The position numbers and the translations under genes are program-made. 64,000 nucleotides of DNA from Pelagomonas calceolata. Lineage: Eukaryota. Shown here one piece after another: positions 41,272 to 50,577 of the stretch. The stretch is taken from positions 3,658,001-3,722,000 of the forward strand of contig CAKKNE010000001.1 in the NCBI GenBank assembly GCA_918797485.1, read 5' to 3'. Under the pieces are notes generated by a model that saw only the letters and a program-made list of their open reading frames with translations, did no database searches and was not told where the DNA came from. How positions within the stretch are numbered: the stretch's first letter is position 1; each line of letters opens with the position of its first letter.

Positions 41272-41853
41272 ATGCAGAACATCAAATGTGTTGTGGTAGG
41301 AGACGGCGCCGTCGGCAAGACGTGCCTGCTCATCAGCTACACGACGAACGCCTTCCCGGGCGAGTACATCCCGACGGTCTTCGACAACTATAGTGCCAAC
41401 GTCATGGTCGACGGGCGGCCCATCAACCTGGGGCTGTGGGACACGGCCGGCCAGGAGGATTATGATAGGTTGCGGCCGCTGAGCTACCCGCAGACGGACG
41501 TGTTCTTGCTCTGTTTTAGTATTACGAATCCCACGAGCTTCGAGAACGTGCGCACGAAGTGGTACCCCGAGATTGCGTCACACGCGCCGGGCGTTCCTTT
41601 CATCCTCGTCGGCACGAAATTAGATTTGCGCAACGACCCGGAGACGGTCGCGCGGCTCCAGCAGAAGCGCCGCATGCCCGTCAACTCGGAAGACGGCATG
41701 CAGCTCGCGCGCGAGCTCGGGGCCTACAAGTACATCGAGTGCTCCGCGCTGACGCAGCAGGGCCTCAAGGGCGTCTTCGACGACTCGATCCGCTGCGTGC
41801 TCGACGCCATGAAGAAGCCGAAGAAGAAGAAGAAGAAGTGCGTCGTCGCGTGA
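41272..41853 (+). CDS. RAC1: Rac-family small GTPase
   Basis: [40 protein letters not shown]; polybasic tail + CVVA CaaX. Confidence 0.97.
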   Translation: MQNIKCVVVGDGAVGKTCLLISYTTNAFPGEYIPTVFDNYSANVMVDGRPINLGLWDTAGQEDYDRLRPLSYPQTDVFLLCFSITNPTSFENVRTKWYPEIASHAPGVPFILVGTKLDLRNDPETVARLQQKRRMPVNSEDGMQLARELGAYKYIECSALTQQGLKGVFDDSIRCVLDAMKKPKKKKKKCVVA

Positions 41854-42012
41854 TCGCGAGGGGGCTGTAACTAGGTACATATAGTATACCTACCGTCGGC
41901 CGCGCGGCCTTGCTCGGCGGGCGTAGTCGAAGCGGGAATGACACGTGGCGCGTCGACGGCGGGCTCCTCCGAGCAATATGCAACTGTCCCTTTTAGTCAG
42001 GCTCGCGCGCAG

Positions 42013-42032
42013 CTAGCGGCCAGAGACACTAG
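42013..42032 (+). promoter_or_regulatory. CTAG upstream element
   Basis: CTAG CGGCCAGAGACA CTAG upstream of 42122. Confidence 0.6.
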
Positions 42033-42121
42033 ACTTTAAATTTTGCGAAATCCAGCAGGCTAGACGTCCACTGCTGGCGCACGAGACGCTGCCGAAGCGA
42101 GCGCGTCGCATCGGGGCAACC

Positions 42122-42961
42122 ATGAGCACCAGCTGGCTCCTCCTCTGTGCCGTCGCAAGGGCCGACCTCGTCTTCGACCCCTCCGTCGAGCGCGTCATCG
42201 TGAACGTGGGCAGCAACACGCAGCCCTCGCTGAGCCACGACCCCCAGACGGTGGCGATCGCCGTCGAGCCCATGGTCGGCTGCCGCATCCGGGAGCAGCG
42301 GAACCTCCATGTATTACATGCGGCCGTCGCGGCGAACAACACCTTGGCGTTTATGCAGTGGTACAACAAGTTTGGGGAAAGTTCGTCGTTGGGCACGGCG
42401 ACGGAGAAGGCCGAGTACACGACGCGCTACCGGGGCAAGCGGAAGATCGTGAACGTGATTTCTCTAACAACGCTCGTCGAGAGCATTCCGTTGACCGTAA
42501 AACTGTGGTACCTCAAGACGGACATGCAGGGCTTCGACTTTGATGCATTACGGAGCGCCGCCGACATATTGAGATCTGGAAGAGCTCAGTATGTGATGTC
42601 CGAGGTCTGGTGGGATAGGTATCAATCGTACGCGGGCCAGAACAACGACTTTTGTTTGCACCAATATCCTCTGATGAGGGCGCTGGGTTATGAGCTGGTC
42701 GACGTCGAGAACGGCTACCAATCCAATAAGTACCACGGCATCGAGCGGCTCAAGACGCTCGACACGAAACAAATAAGGTCCCACGACGAGATCCTCAAGA
42801 TGTGTTCCATGCAAGTCGACGCGCCGGACAAGGCCGGCAAGTGCAACGAGGGCGACGCCTACTGGAAGCACGCTTCGGCCACTCTTCCGCCGCCGCGGTG
42901 GCGCGAGCAGACGGAGAATCCCAAACGGAGGCGGCTCATGCGGCTAGACGGGTCTTTCTAA
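42122..42961 (+). CDS. FkbM-family methyltransferase-like secreted protein
   Basis: VNVGSN, AVEP and LKTDMQGFD motifs; signal peptide. Confidence 0.7.
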   Translation: MSTSWLLLCAVARADLVFDPSVERVIVNVGSNTQPSLSHDPQTVAIAVEPMVGCRIREQRNLHVLHAAVAANNTLAFMQWYNKFGESSSLGTATEKAEYTTRYRGKRKIVNVISLTTLVESIPLTVKLWYLKTDMQGFDFDALRSAADILRSGRAQYVMSEVWWDRYQSYAGQNNDFCLHQYPLMRALGYELVDVENGYQSNKYHGIERLKTLDTKQIRSHDEILKMCSMQVDAPDKAGKCNEGDAYWKHASATLPPPRWREQTENPKRRRLMRLDGSF

Positions 42962-42966
42962 GTTTC

Positions 42967-43094
42967 AACACTCGGGGCGACGGCGTGCGAGGGCGGGGGC
43001 GGGGCGGGCGTTCGGTCACGCTTTCCCACTTGCTTTCCCCGAAGTCGGCCGGCCAGGTAGCTAGGCGGCATAGGCATAGTCCTAAGCAAAGCAA
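42967..43094. repeat. Dispersed repeat homologous to 31666-31771
   Basis: AACACTCGGGGCGACGGCGT..GAGGGC.GGGG.CGGGGCGGGCGT.CGG.CACG and GCTAGGCGGC..AAGCAAAGCAA shared. Confidence 0.8.
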
Positions 43095-43100
43095 GTTTCG

Positions 43101-43535
43101 TTATGCATCCGACGCCGCGGCGGCCGTCTTCTCGGCCGCGCCGCGCTCCGGGTTCTCCTTCGCCCACTTCGGCGACACCGCAACACCAATACGCGAGAGC
43201 TTCGATGCTAGCGCGAAGTCGTCGGGCGTCAGGCCGCCCTGCGAGTGCGTGAAGAGCACGAGCTCCACGTCTCTATAATTCGTGATATGAATATCGGGGT
43301 GGTGCCGCGCGGCCTCGGCGACCGGCGCGACGGCGTTGACGAACGCGACGGCTTGCAGGAAGTTCTTGGCCGTGAATTTCCGCGTCAAGCGCTTGTCCTC
43401 GAGGGTCCAGAGGTTTTCCGGTAAGGCCGCGAAGGCCGCGCGCGCGCCGTCGGCGTCCAGCAGCGTCGATTGGCCTCGGTCGTCCAGCCCGCAGGAATGG
43501 CAGACCTTCTCCTTTTTCTCTGGCGGCTCCGCCAT
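43101..43535 (-). CDS. PCBD: Pterin-4-alpha-carbinolamine dehydratase
   Basis: F.QAVAFVNAVAPVAEAARHHPDI..Y..V...LFTHSQGGLTPDDFALA. Confidence 0.92.
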   Translation of the reverse strand: MAEPPEKKEKVCHSCGLDDRGQSTLLDADGARAAFAALPENLWTLEDKRLTRKFTAKNFLQAVAFVNAVAPVAEAARHHPDIHITNYRDVELVLFTHSQGGLTPDDFALASKLSRIGVAVSPKWAKENPERGAAEKTAAAASDA

Positions 43536-43688
43536 CGGTCTTTTGGGTATGAGGCTGTGGCCTGCGCTGACGAGCGCTAGAGTTATGATGAGCGTGCGCG
43601 GAGTAATGGCTGCTCAGTGATGTCTAGCAATGGCTGCTCGTTCCTGGACGCTTTTAGCGCACAAAGGCAAAGCCGCGGGCGCGCGCTG

Positions 43689-43710
43689 CTAGCGTCATGT
43701 AACACACTAG
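43689..43710 (+). promoter_or_regulatory. CTAG element in divergent promoter
   Basis: CTAG CGTCATGTAACACA CTAG. Confidence 0.7.
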
Positions 43711-43896
43711 CATGCACTGTGCGTTTTTGCCATGCATGGCTTTGCAAGGGCTACACATCATTGCTGGATGCGCAGAGACCGCATAGGTCTAATTTGAGAC
43801 TGTAGCCATCGAAATATTGAGGCATAGCGGTGCTTCTGGCGAGATAGACCCTGCTTTGCACAGCAGCATAAAAAGCGCTGGCGCGGCGCGCGAATA

Positions 43897-44718
43897 ATGA
43901 CCTCATGGACTTGTGACAAGTGCACATACGTCCACAGCGACGCCGAAGCACAATTCCTCTGCTGTGCTATTTGCAGCGCACCGAAGCTAGCCGAGGCTGA
44001 GGCGCCGGCCGCTGCGCCACCGCCCCCGACGCCCGCGACGCGGCCCGCGCGGGAAAACGGCGCTGTTCCGCCGCGACCACGGCCACAGCCAGTTTTGCGA
44101 CCGCCGCCCGCGAAACGCCACCGCGCCGCGGCCAGAAAGTCGAGCGTATACCTGATTCCGAGCGAAGCGGCGCATGCCGCACTAAAAGAGCGCTTCCCTC
44201 GGGCACGAAAAGCCCTGGCCGCATTGAAATGGGGCGGTTTGCTGCATGCGACGATGTTGCGATTCGACGATATTGATGGCGCACACCGCGACCTCGAGCG
44301 CATCGCGAATGATGCAAGCGCCGCCGGCGTGCGGGCCCTGAACGGGCGCGCGTTCCGGTTGCCGGCCCAGTGCTGGGACAACCGCGGCGGCGTCGCCGCG
44401 TTGGCAAGGCCGGGCGACATGGGCGCAGTTCTCGAGGCGATGCTCGACACGCTACGGAACGCGCTGCCGACGATGCGCCGCGGCGCCTTCCGCGTGCACC
44501 GCCTGCGCGACATCCACATAACGCTCCCCGGCTACTCCGACAAAGCGGTTTTGATCGGCGCCGTCGACGCGTGGGACCTCGCGCTGGTGGAGACGTCCTC
44601 CGCGAAGGACCTCCGGGTCGTGCGGCGCTGGCACCTCGTGTGTGTGCCGGAACCGCCGGAACCGCCGCGCCCGTCGGCCGAGGAGCTCCGGGCGGCACGG
44701 CTGGCGCGGCTCACCTGA
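43897..44718 (+). CDS. RanBP2-type zinc finger + putative 2H phosphoesterase domain
   Basis: WTCDKCTYVH..CAIC; paired HxT motifs LHATM and IHITL. Confidence 0.6.
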   Translation: MTSWTCDKCTYVHSDAEAQFLCCAICSAPKLAEAEAPAAAPPPPTPATRPARENGAVPPRPRPQPVLRPPPAKRHRAAARKSSVYLIPSEAAHAALKERFPRARKALAALKWGGLLHATMLRFDDIDGAHRDLERIANDASAAGVRALNGRAFRLPAQCWDNRGGVAALARPGDMGAVLEAMLDTLRNALPTMRRGAFRVHRLRDIHITLPGYSDKAVLIGAVDAWDLALVETSSAKDLRVVRRWHLVCVPEPPEPPRPSAEELRAARLARLT

Positions 44719-44748
44719 TGTACCTTGTAAGTGAATACATGTCCTAGA

Positions 44749-45538
44749 TTACAACACTCCCTTCGAGTCCGCCGCGGCACCGGGCGCCGCCGACGCGGCG
44801 GCCGCCGCTCCCTTGAACTTCGCCGAGCCCTTGCCCACGGACTTGTTCAGCAGCGTCGCCCCGAGGCCGGCGCGGTGCTCGTCGAGCGGCGAGCGGATCG
44901 GCTTGAAGCCGACGTCGGAGAGCGGTGCAGCTTTGTCGCCCTTGCCTACGGGTGCAACTTTTGACGCGTCGCCTTCGTCGTCCTTCTCGTCGTCGACGTA
45001 GGGGCCCAAACCGAGCTCGGGAGCCTGGCCCTTTTTCGCGTTCAGCGCCGGAAAGAGCTGCGTCGCGCTCCACGAAATCAGTTTCTTCTGCGCCGCGACG
45101 GCGTCGGCGTTGCTCACGTCGTCGCTCTTCGTCACGACGGCGCCGACGCGCAGCCACTCGCCTTCTCCAGCACGCGCCCAAACTGACTCGCACGAGAAGA
45201 GGCGGCTCCCAGACCTCTGGTGCACGAAGAAATTCTCCCATTGCTTCTCGAGGTCTTTTTTGCCTGTGCGCAAATTAACCAGTGACTCGAGAGACCACAC
45301 CGCCACGCCTTCGCTGACGTCGCATCGATGGCGTGGAGCCATGATAATAGCAGTGACGGAGACGCGCCGCGAGAATTTGATTTATGCACTGCCCTTTGCC
45401 CGGCTTGACGAATTTCGCCTTGCTCTTTTTGGTGGCTGCTCCAAAGCCAGCTCTGAGTGCAACACCACTGCGGCGCTGCGACGGCGGCACGAGTGCCGAT
45501 GCACCGGCGAGCAGCGTGATTGCGGCGAGAACTTGCAT
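44749..45538 (-). CDS. Plastid-targeted hypothetical protein, two exons
   Basis: Signal peptide + RAGFG transit-like segment; KFVKPG|KKDLEKQW joined across intron 45264-45399. Confidence 0.75.
45264..45399 (-). mobile_element. Introner-like GC-AG intron (136 bp)
   Basis: Donor GCAAAGGG vs post-acceptor GCAAAAAA; TIR CAGTGCATAAATCAA / TTAATTTGCGCACAG (11/15); internal CTCCACGCCATCGATGCGACG. Confidence 0.8.
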
Positions 45539-45605
45539 GTTGCAAACTTCGCTAGCTTCTTATCTCAGCACTGCAAGGGCCGATTGAGCTGGCTGCAGGC
45601 TGGCA

Positions 45606-45625
45606 CTAGTGTGTCATTACACTAG
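45606..45625 (-). promoter_or_regulatory. CTAG upstream element
   Basis: CTAG TGTAATGACACA CTAG (minus), upstream of 45538. Confidence 0.6.
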
Positions 45626-46678
45626 CAATTGCCGGCCATGCGACTGTCCCCAGCGTCCGCGCGCGCGCCCCACACACACCGCACACTGCCTGCAGCCTCT
45701 ATACACACTACGGCACGCGGCGCGCCCAAAAAACGCTGCCCATTTTGACGCGCGCGGCCACAAGCACGAGAACCGCCAGATTTGAAAATCAAAAGCGGTA
45801 CTCCCGTACCAGCAAAACAAAGCGGACGCAACCCGCTATACCAAAGGCGCGTGACGGCTGGCCCACGTTAACGGCCGCGGCGGCGGGCGCGCCTGAGGTC
45901 CCTCCGTAGCTCCTGGGGGCCGCCCAGGGCTCGGCGGAGGATTGGTCGGCCGTCGTTCCCTTGCGGTCTTGTGCGTCTGAACCGTTGATGCGCGGGGCAT
46001 CATCGGAGCGGGCCACTTGAATTCCACTTCCATTGCACATCGGGGCCGCCGACACGGAAATGGAAATCGGGCCGCGGCACGTCAGAGGATTACCTGCTCC
46101 GCCCAGGCGCCCGGTCCTCAGAGACAAAATTGCCTTGGCGGGGCCGGAAAAGCCTGACTGTGCATCCGCAATTTCCTTGCAAACTCCCCGACACGTGATG
46201 GCGCGGGACCACCCGAGAGGGTAAAAGCGGGGCAGGGCTTGACCGGTTCGGCGCGCGCTCCCGGCGCGGTGCCCGACGGTGTCCGCGATTCGTTCACCCC
46301 GTCGGTCGCCGCTACAAAGTTCCCCGCGGGCCTGTGGCAGTGTCGGCATTGCACGCCGGCCGCGCGCTTGGGTCTTGGAACTGCTGTGTGGTGTCGGCAA
46401 AGTAGCTTGGAGGGGGCGGACGGATAGCCCACCGACAAGCCAAGGCACGTCGCCTGCGACCGGCCGGCCTCTGTTCGGGGCGAAACCTCACACCATTTGT
46501 GTCTGGGTTCTCGGGGGGCAGGGTAAAACAACACCCTATCGCCAATCCCAATAGACACGGTGGCGAAGCGTTCGGGGTCCGTACTACCTGGGGGTGGGTT
46601 CAATAAGTGGCTCTCTCTCTCGCCGGCCGGACGCGTACGATCGGTCTTGCACACAATATTCTTACACAAGACAATCAT

Positions 46679-47650
46679 TCACGAAGAATCCGCCAAAACA
46701 AGCGCCCGCACCTTGAGCACCATCGCCGTCCGCTGCCACGCGAGCCGGTTCACGAGGAACGCGGGCGCGTCCCCGGGCGCGACGCAGGACACGTGCGTCA
46801 CGCGGCACGACGCGTCGCCGCGGGGCTCGATCAGGTAGCCCGAGCCGCGCACCTCCAGCCGCACGCGGTCCGCGTCGAGCGGCGCGTCCGCGTGGGCCGT
46901 CGACGTCGCGAAGCGTAGGAAGGCGCCGTCATCCCGTGTCGCCGCCGCCGTCGTCAGCACCATGTCGCGCTGGCTCACGGGCCACACGCGCTTGCAGATG
47001 ATATGCGCCGTCGCGACGTTCCCGCGCTGCGTCCAGCCCTCGGCCAGGGCCGGCGGGGGCTCCGTGCAGCTTAGCGGCCGGATCGAATCGCGCAGCGGCT
47101 CCACGACGCTCGGCGCCTGTGCGGCCGCGCGGCCCAGCGCCGCGTCGACGACGGCCGCCGAAGCGTTCACGGTACCGACGGACATGGCGTCGCGCCCGCC
47201 GCCGGCCGCGTCCCGCAGGTAGCGGCCGACGCCCCGTTCCTCCTCCGCGAGGCGCCAGCCCCGCGCCGCGGGGTCGACCGTCGCGTCGGCGTGGACGAGG
47301 TAGGATGCCGCCGCGAGGGCGTCGTCAGGAGGCGCTAAGGGCGCGGCGAAGAGAGCTTCCTGAGGCGTCAGGAGCCGCGAGGGCCGTCGTCGCTTGCGCG
47401 GGCCGCGGAGAGCGAGCACGATGGCCACCGCGGCAGCTGCGACGCCCGCGGCGCGCGCGGGCGAGAGCAGCGCGCAGGCCACCGCGACGACCAGCGCCGC
47501 GACCGCATTGGCATACCACCGGGTGCTGCTCGGCGGCTCGACCGCTGCCCGCGCGACCGGCGCGGCCACGGGAGTGGGTTGCCTCCGCGGCGGCGTCGGT
47601 GGCGGCCGTCTCTCGGCGTGGGTGTCTTTGCACGGGGAGAGGCAAAACAT
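46679..47650 (-). CDS. START-domain lipid-binding protein with TM segments
   Basis: KRVWPVSQRDMV, RVR...SGYLIEP, CRVTHV..PGDAPAFLVN. Confidence 0.8.
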   Translation of the reverse strand: MFCLSPCKDTHAERRPPPTPPRRQPTPVAAPVARAAVEPPSSTRWYANAVAALVVAVACALLSPARAAGVAAAAVAIVLALRGPRKRRRPSRLLTPQEALFAAPLAPPDDALAAASYLVHADATVDPAARGWRLAEEERGVGRYLRDAAGGGRDAMSVGTVNASAAVVDAALGRAAAQAPSVVEPLRDSIRPLSCTEPPPALAEGWTQRGNVATAHIICKRVWPVSQRDMVLTTAAATRDDGAFLRFATSTAHADAPLDADRVRLEVRGSGYLIEPRGDASCRVTHVSCVAPGDAPAFLVNRLAWQRTAMVLKVRALVLADSS

Positions 47651-47972
47651 GGTGTGTCGCGCGCCGCTTTTTTCGTGCTGCCACCGCAGAGAGCACGCTT
47701 GCGATAAATAATCGACGTGGCAGAAGCGTCACGGTCCTTGGTTATCTATTCGACGCGCTTTGGCCACACCAGGCTGCGGGGAGTGCTGCAGCCTGGGGGT
47801 GTGAATTTTAACACTGCGCGGCCGCCGAGTCATACACGCAGAGACGCGGGCGCTGCGAAAAAGGTACTGCGAAAAACACAGCTCCTCGTCACGCTGTAGC
47901 GCGGCGCAGCGGGAAAAAGGCTCTGCAAAAAATACACACAGCTCATCCAAAACAGAGCAGCGCAGCGCAGCC

Positions 47973-49067
47973 ATGCCCGACCAGGACACAGATCTATTAC
48001 AAGGCCGCCTGAAAAAACTCACGCGCTCCCCCGCGTCGCGCACCTTCGACACGTGGCAAGCCAGAGACTGCGAGGTCGACCGCGCGAGCGGGACCTTTGC
48101 ATATGCGTCTTCTGATAAACCCCGCAAGGCCCTGACCTTGAGTGGTGCGAAGGTAAGGACGATGGAGCCGTACAAGGGCAAGCCCTTCGTCTTCGTGCTG
48201 GATTTTAGCAGTGGCGAGCCGCTGACGCTCGCAACAACAACAAGTGAAGAACGCGATAAATGGGTCCGCTTCATCAAACAAACGGCCAAATTGTTAGCTG
48301 TGCGCAAACATAAAGCGGGCGAAGGCCTGAACCCGGACCAGGCCTGGCCGGAAGCTAGGCGGTACAAAACGGGCGAAAAAGCAAGCCGCGCTTCCGCAAA
48401 AGACGTCGACCGTTTGCAAGACGAGACGCTGGATGTGGTCGGAAGGATGCGGCGGCAGCTCTCGGGGACACGAGAAATCGCGGCGGCTACTTCTGATACG
48501 TTAAAACAACAAGGGGAGCAGATCGAGCAGACGACGCGCGATCTTGATAGGATGAACCACGAGCTGAAGCAAGCGGACCGGAACCTGTCTCAACTCGAGA
48601 GCTGGCGCATCTTTGGGGGCAAGAGCAAGAAGAAGGGGAGGAAGGCCGAGAAAATGGCCCGGGCGCATTCTAGTAGATTCCCCGACGATGATGCCAAGGA
48701 GGTGTCGCCGCCGCGGCGCCGCCGGTCCTCCAACGACGGTTCGAAGTCGCCCGCGTCACTCCCATCGTCGAGGAAACCGTCGCGTTCGAACATCGTCGAT
48801 GGCCTGGAGGGCCGCGACGCCGACGAGGCGGCGGCGCTGGATACCATAAGGCGCAAGGACGATACAATAAATGCGGGCCTCGACGAGATCGACTCCATGC
48901 TCGACGCTCTAGGTGGCGACGCGCGGCGCATGAACGCGCAGGTGCGGCGCCAGAACTCGCGCCTCGGCGTCATGAACGAAGCACTAGAAGAGAGCGAGGC
49001 GCGGACCGCGCGCGTCAACGCCCGCGCGCGGCACAACGTCGGCTACTACGGGCGGCCCGACCTCTAG
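47973..49067 (+). CDS. PH domain + SNAP-25-like (Qbc) SNARE
   Basis: LQGRLKK..W..R..EERDKWVRFI (PH); TLKQQGEQIEQ (Qb); LDEIDSML..MNAQVRRQNSRL (Qc). Confidence 0.8.
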   Translation: MPDQDTDLLQGRLKKLTRSPASRTFDTWQARDCEVDRASGTFAYASSDKPRKALTLSGAKVRTMEPYKGKPFVFVLDFSSGEPLTLATTTSEERDKWVRFIKQTAKLLAVRKHKAGEGLNPDQAWPEARRYKTGEKASRASAKDVDRLQDETLDVVGRMRRQLSGTREIAAATSDTLKQQGEQIEQTTRDLDRMNHELKQADRNLSQLESWRIFGGKSKKKGRKAEKMARAHSSRFPDDDAKEVSPPRRRRSSNDGSKSPASLPSSRKPSRSNIVDGLEGRDADEAAALDTIRRKDDTINAGLDEIDSMLDALGGDARRMNAQVRRQNSRLGVMNEALEESEARTARVNARARHNVGYYGRPDL

Positions 49068-49195
49068 ACCTGTTGTGTGGTTCTTGACCCCTTGTAAAGC
49101 TTCTTACCTAGTATACCATATCCCGCCGACGGGATACGTTGCCTAGGCCTTCAGAAAGGGCTCACATTACACCACAGGGCGCCGCGCGGGCGCCT

Positions 49196-50371
49196 TCAGT
49201 CCTTCCCGAGCGACGCCCGCCGCCGCGCCTCCTCCTCCTCCTTGAAGCGCTCGAAGGACGCCCGCTGCCTATCAGATAACTTTTCCACCTCCGTCGTTTC
49301 CCGTGTCACAGTTGACAGAGGCTCCTCTACCTTCTTGGCCACAGGCTTGAGCCCCTTCTTGTCGCACAGATACGATATCTCCGCCGTCTGGGCCCGCGGC
49401 AGCGGCTTTAGTGAAGGTAAATCCTCGGACACGACTTCCGACGGCTGGACCATGACCCCCATGCCCGGGGGGCAGTCGAAGTACTCCCTCCCACGGACGA
49501 TGCCCGAGTGCTTGCCGTAGACCGGTCCGCCGACGTCCGGGGGGTCGAACTCCAGGCCCACGAAGGTCCCCGACGCGTAGTCGACGGGGCCCACGTAGCG
49601 CACCGTCGCTGGGGCGCCGGTCTTCGCCATCTTCACGCGGCTCCCTATTTTAATTTTCAGACCTCGCTGGCGCTCCTCGTCCCTCCTGATTTCCACGCGC
49701 TTACCCATGCCGTCGGCCTGCTCCATGAACCTTCTACGCCTTAGGGCTTCGGCCTTCGCGCGCGCGTCGCGGCCCGCCTGGCCCGACTGCATGACCTGGC
49801 CCACACTTTTTATGACCGCATCTATCGACATGAGGTAGTCCACGCAGTCCTTGTGGCCCCGCCTCCGACACAACCATAAAGCATCAGCTCCTCTTGATTT
49901 CTCGGTAAGTCCATCGAAGTACACACACAACGGCTCCGCCACATCTAATGGATTCTGCTTGCCCAGCTCGATGAAGGCCTTGATCAGGCTCAAATAGCCG
50001 TTCAAACACGCCGCATGCAAACCAGTCAGGCCCGTGACCGGGCACGTTGCCAAACAGTACGGCGACGACTTTTCATATCGCTTCACACTATCGAAGACGT
50101 CGTCGTGATAATGACTCTTGCGCTCCCGTCGCCGCTCGATGCCCCAGCCCTTCTCCGGCTTCATCACCTTCGCCAGGAGCTGCCTTGCCTCGAGCGGGTC
50201 CTTCTCCGAAAACGGCTCGACGGGGTGGCAGTTCACCTGGTACTTCCGCAGCCCAAAGGCGTCTCTGCTCCAGAACTCGTCGAGCTGCTGCCGACACGAA
50301 TCCTCGGGCACCCAGGGCACCTCGTCGTCGTCGGACTGGGCGTCCGCCGCGCTCAGCTTCGGGGCGGGCAT
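49196..50371 (-). CDS. Ankyrin-like + CAP-Gly domain protein
   Basis: GLTGLHAACLNGY; ATVRYVGPVDYASGTFVGLEF..GKHSGIVRGREYFDC..G. Confidence 0.85.
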   Translation of the reverse strand: MPAPKLSAADAQSDDDEVPWVPEDSCRQQLDEFWSRDAFGLRKYQVNCHPVEPFSEKDPLEARQLLAKVMKPEKGWGIERRRERKSHYHDDVFDSVKRYEKSSPYCLATCPVTGLTGLHAACLNGYLSLIKAFIELGKQNPLDVAEPLCVYFDGLTEKSRGADALWLCRRRGHKDCVDYLMSIDAVIKSVGQVMQSGQAGRDARAKAEALRRRRFMEQADGMGKRVEIRRDEERQRGLKIKIGSRVKMAKTGAPATVRYVGPVDYASGTFVGLEFDPPDVGGPVYGKHSGIVRGREYFDCPPGMGVMVQPSEVVSEDLPSLKPLPRAQTAEISYLCDKKGLKPVAKKVEEPLSTVTRETTEVEKLSDRQRASFERFKEEEEARRRASLGKD

Positions 50372-50476
50372 GGCTCCGGCTGCCGTCGGGCAGCCGACGT
50401 GGCGGGGAAAAGGCAGCTGCTGGCCCGTGTTATCCTGTGGCGCTTGTCACGCGTTAAGCTCCCGCAAAAAAGCGAG

Positions 50477-50498
50477 CTAGCGTCCGTAAAGACACTAG
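50477..50498 (+). promoter_or_regulatory. CTAG element in divergent promoter
   Basis: CTAG CGTCCGTAAAGACA CTAG. Confidence 0.7.
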
Positions 50499-50577
50499 CA
50501 CGATATTTGCGATTTTGCATGCACATCTTTGAGCGCGCTGCCCGAAACTGCAGCCTGATGAACCCCGGCGTGCGCTA

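Noticed and set aside
31552..43100. Dispersed 3' repeat as a SECIS element
   Set aside because: No convincing SECIS stem with the non-Watson-Crick quartet, and adjacent genes show no in-frame TGA read-through.
46020..46610. U1 snRNA-like fragments (CATTGCAC twice, TTACCTG, TCAATAAG, ATTTGTG) and RNase P/MRP-like words
   Set aside because: The order and spacing do not fit these RNAs; one CATTGCAC is explained as His-Cys codons of a decayed PHD finger.
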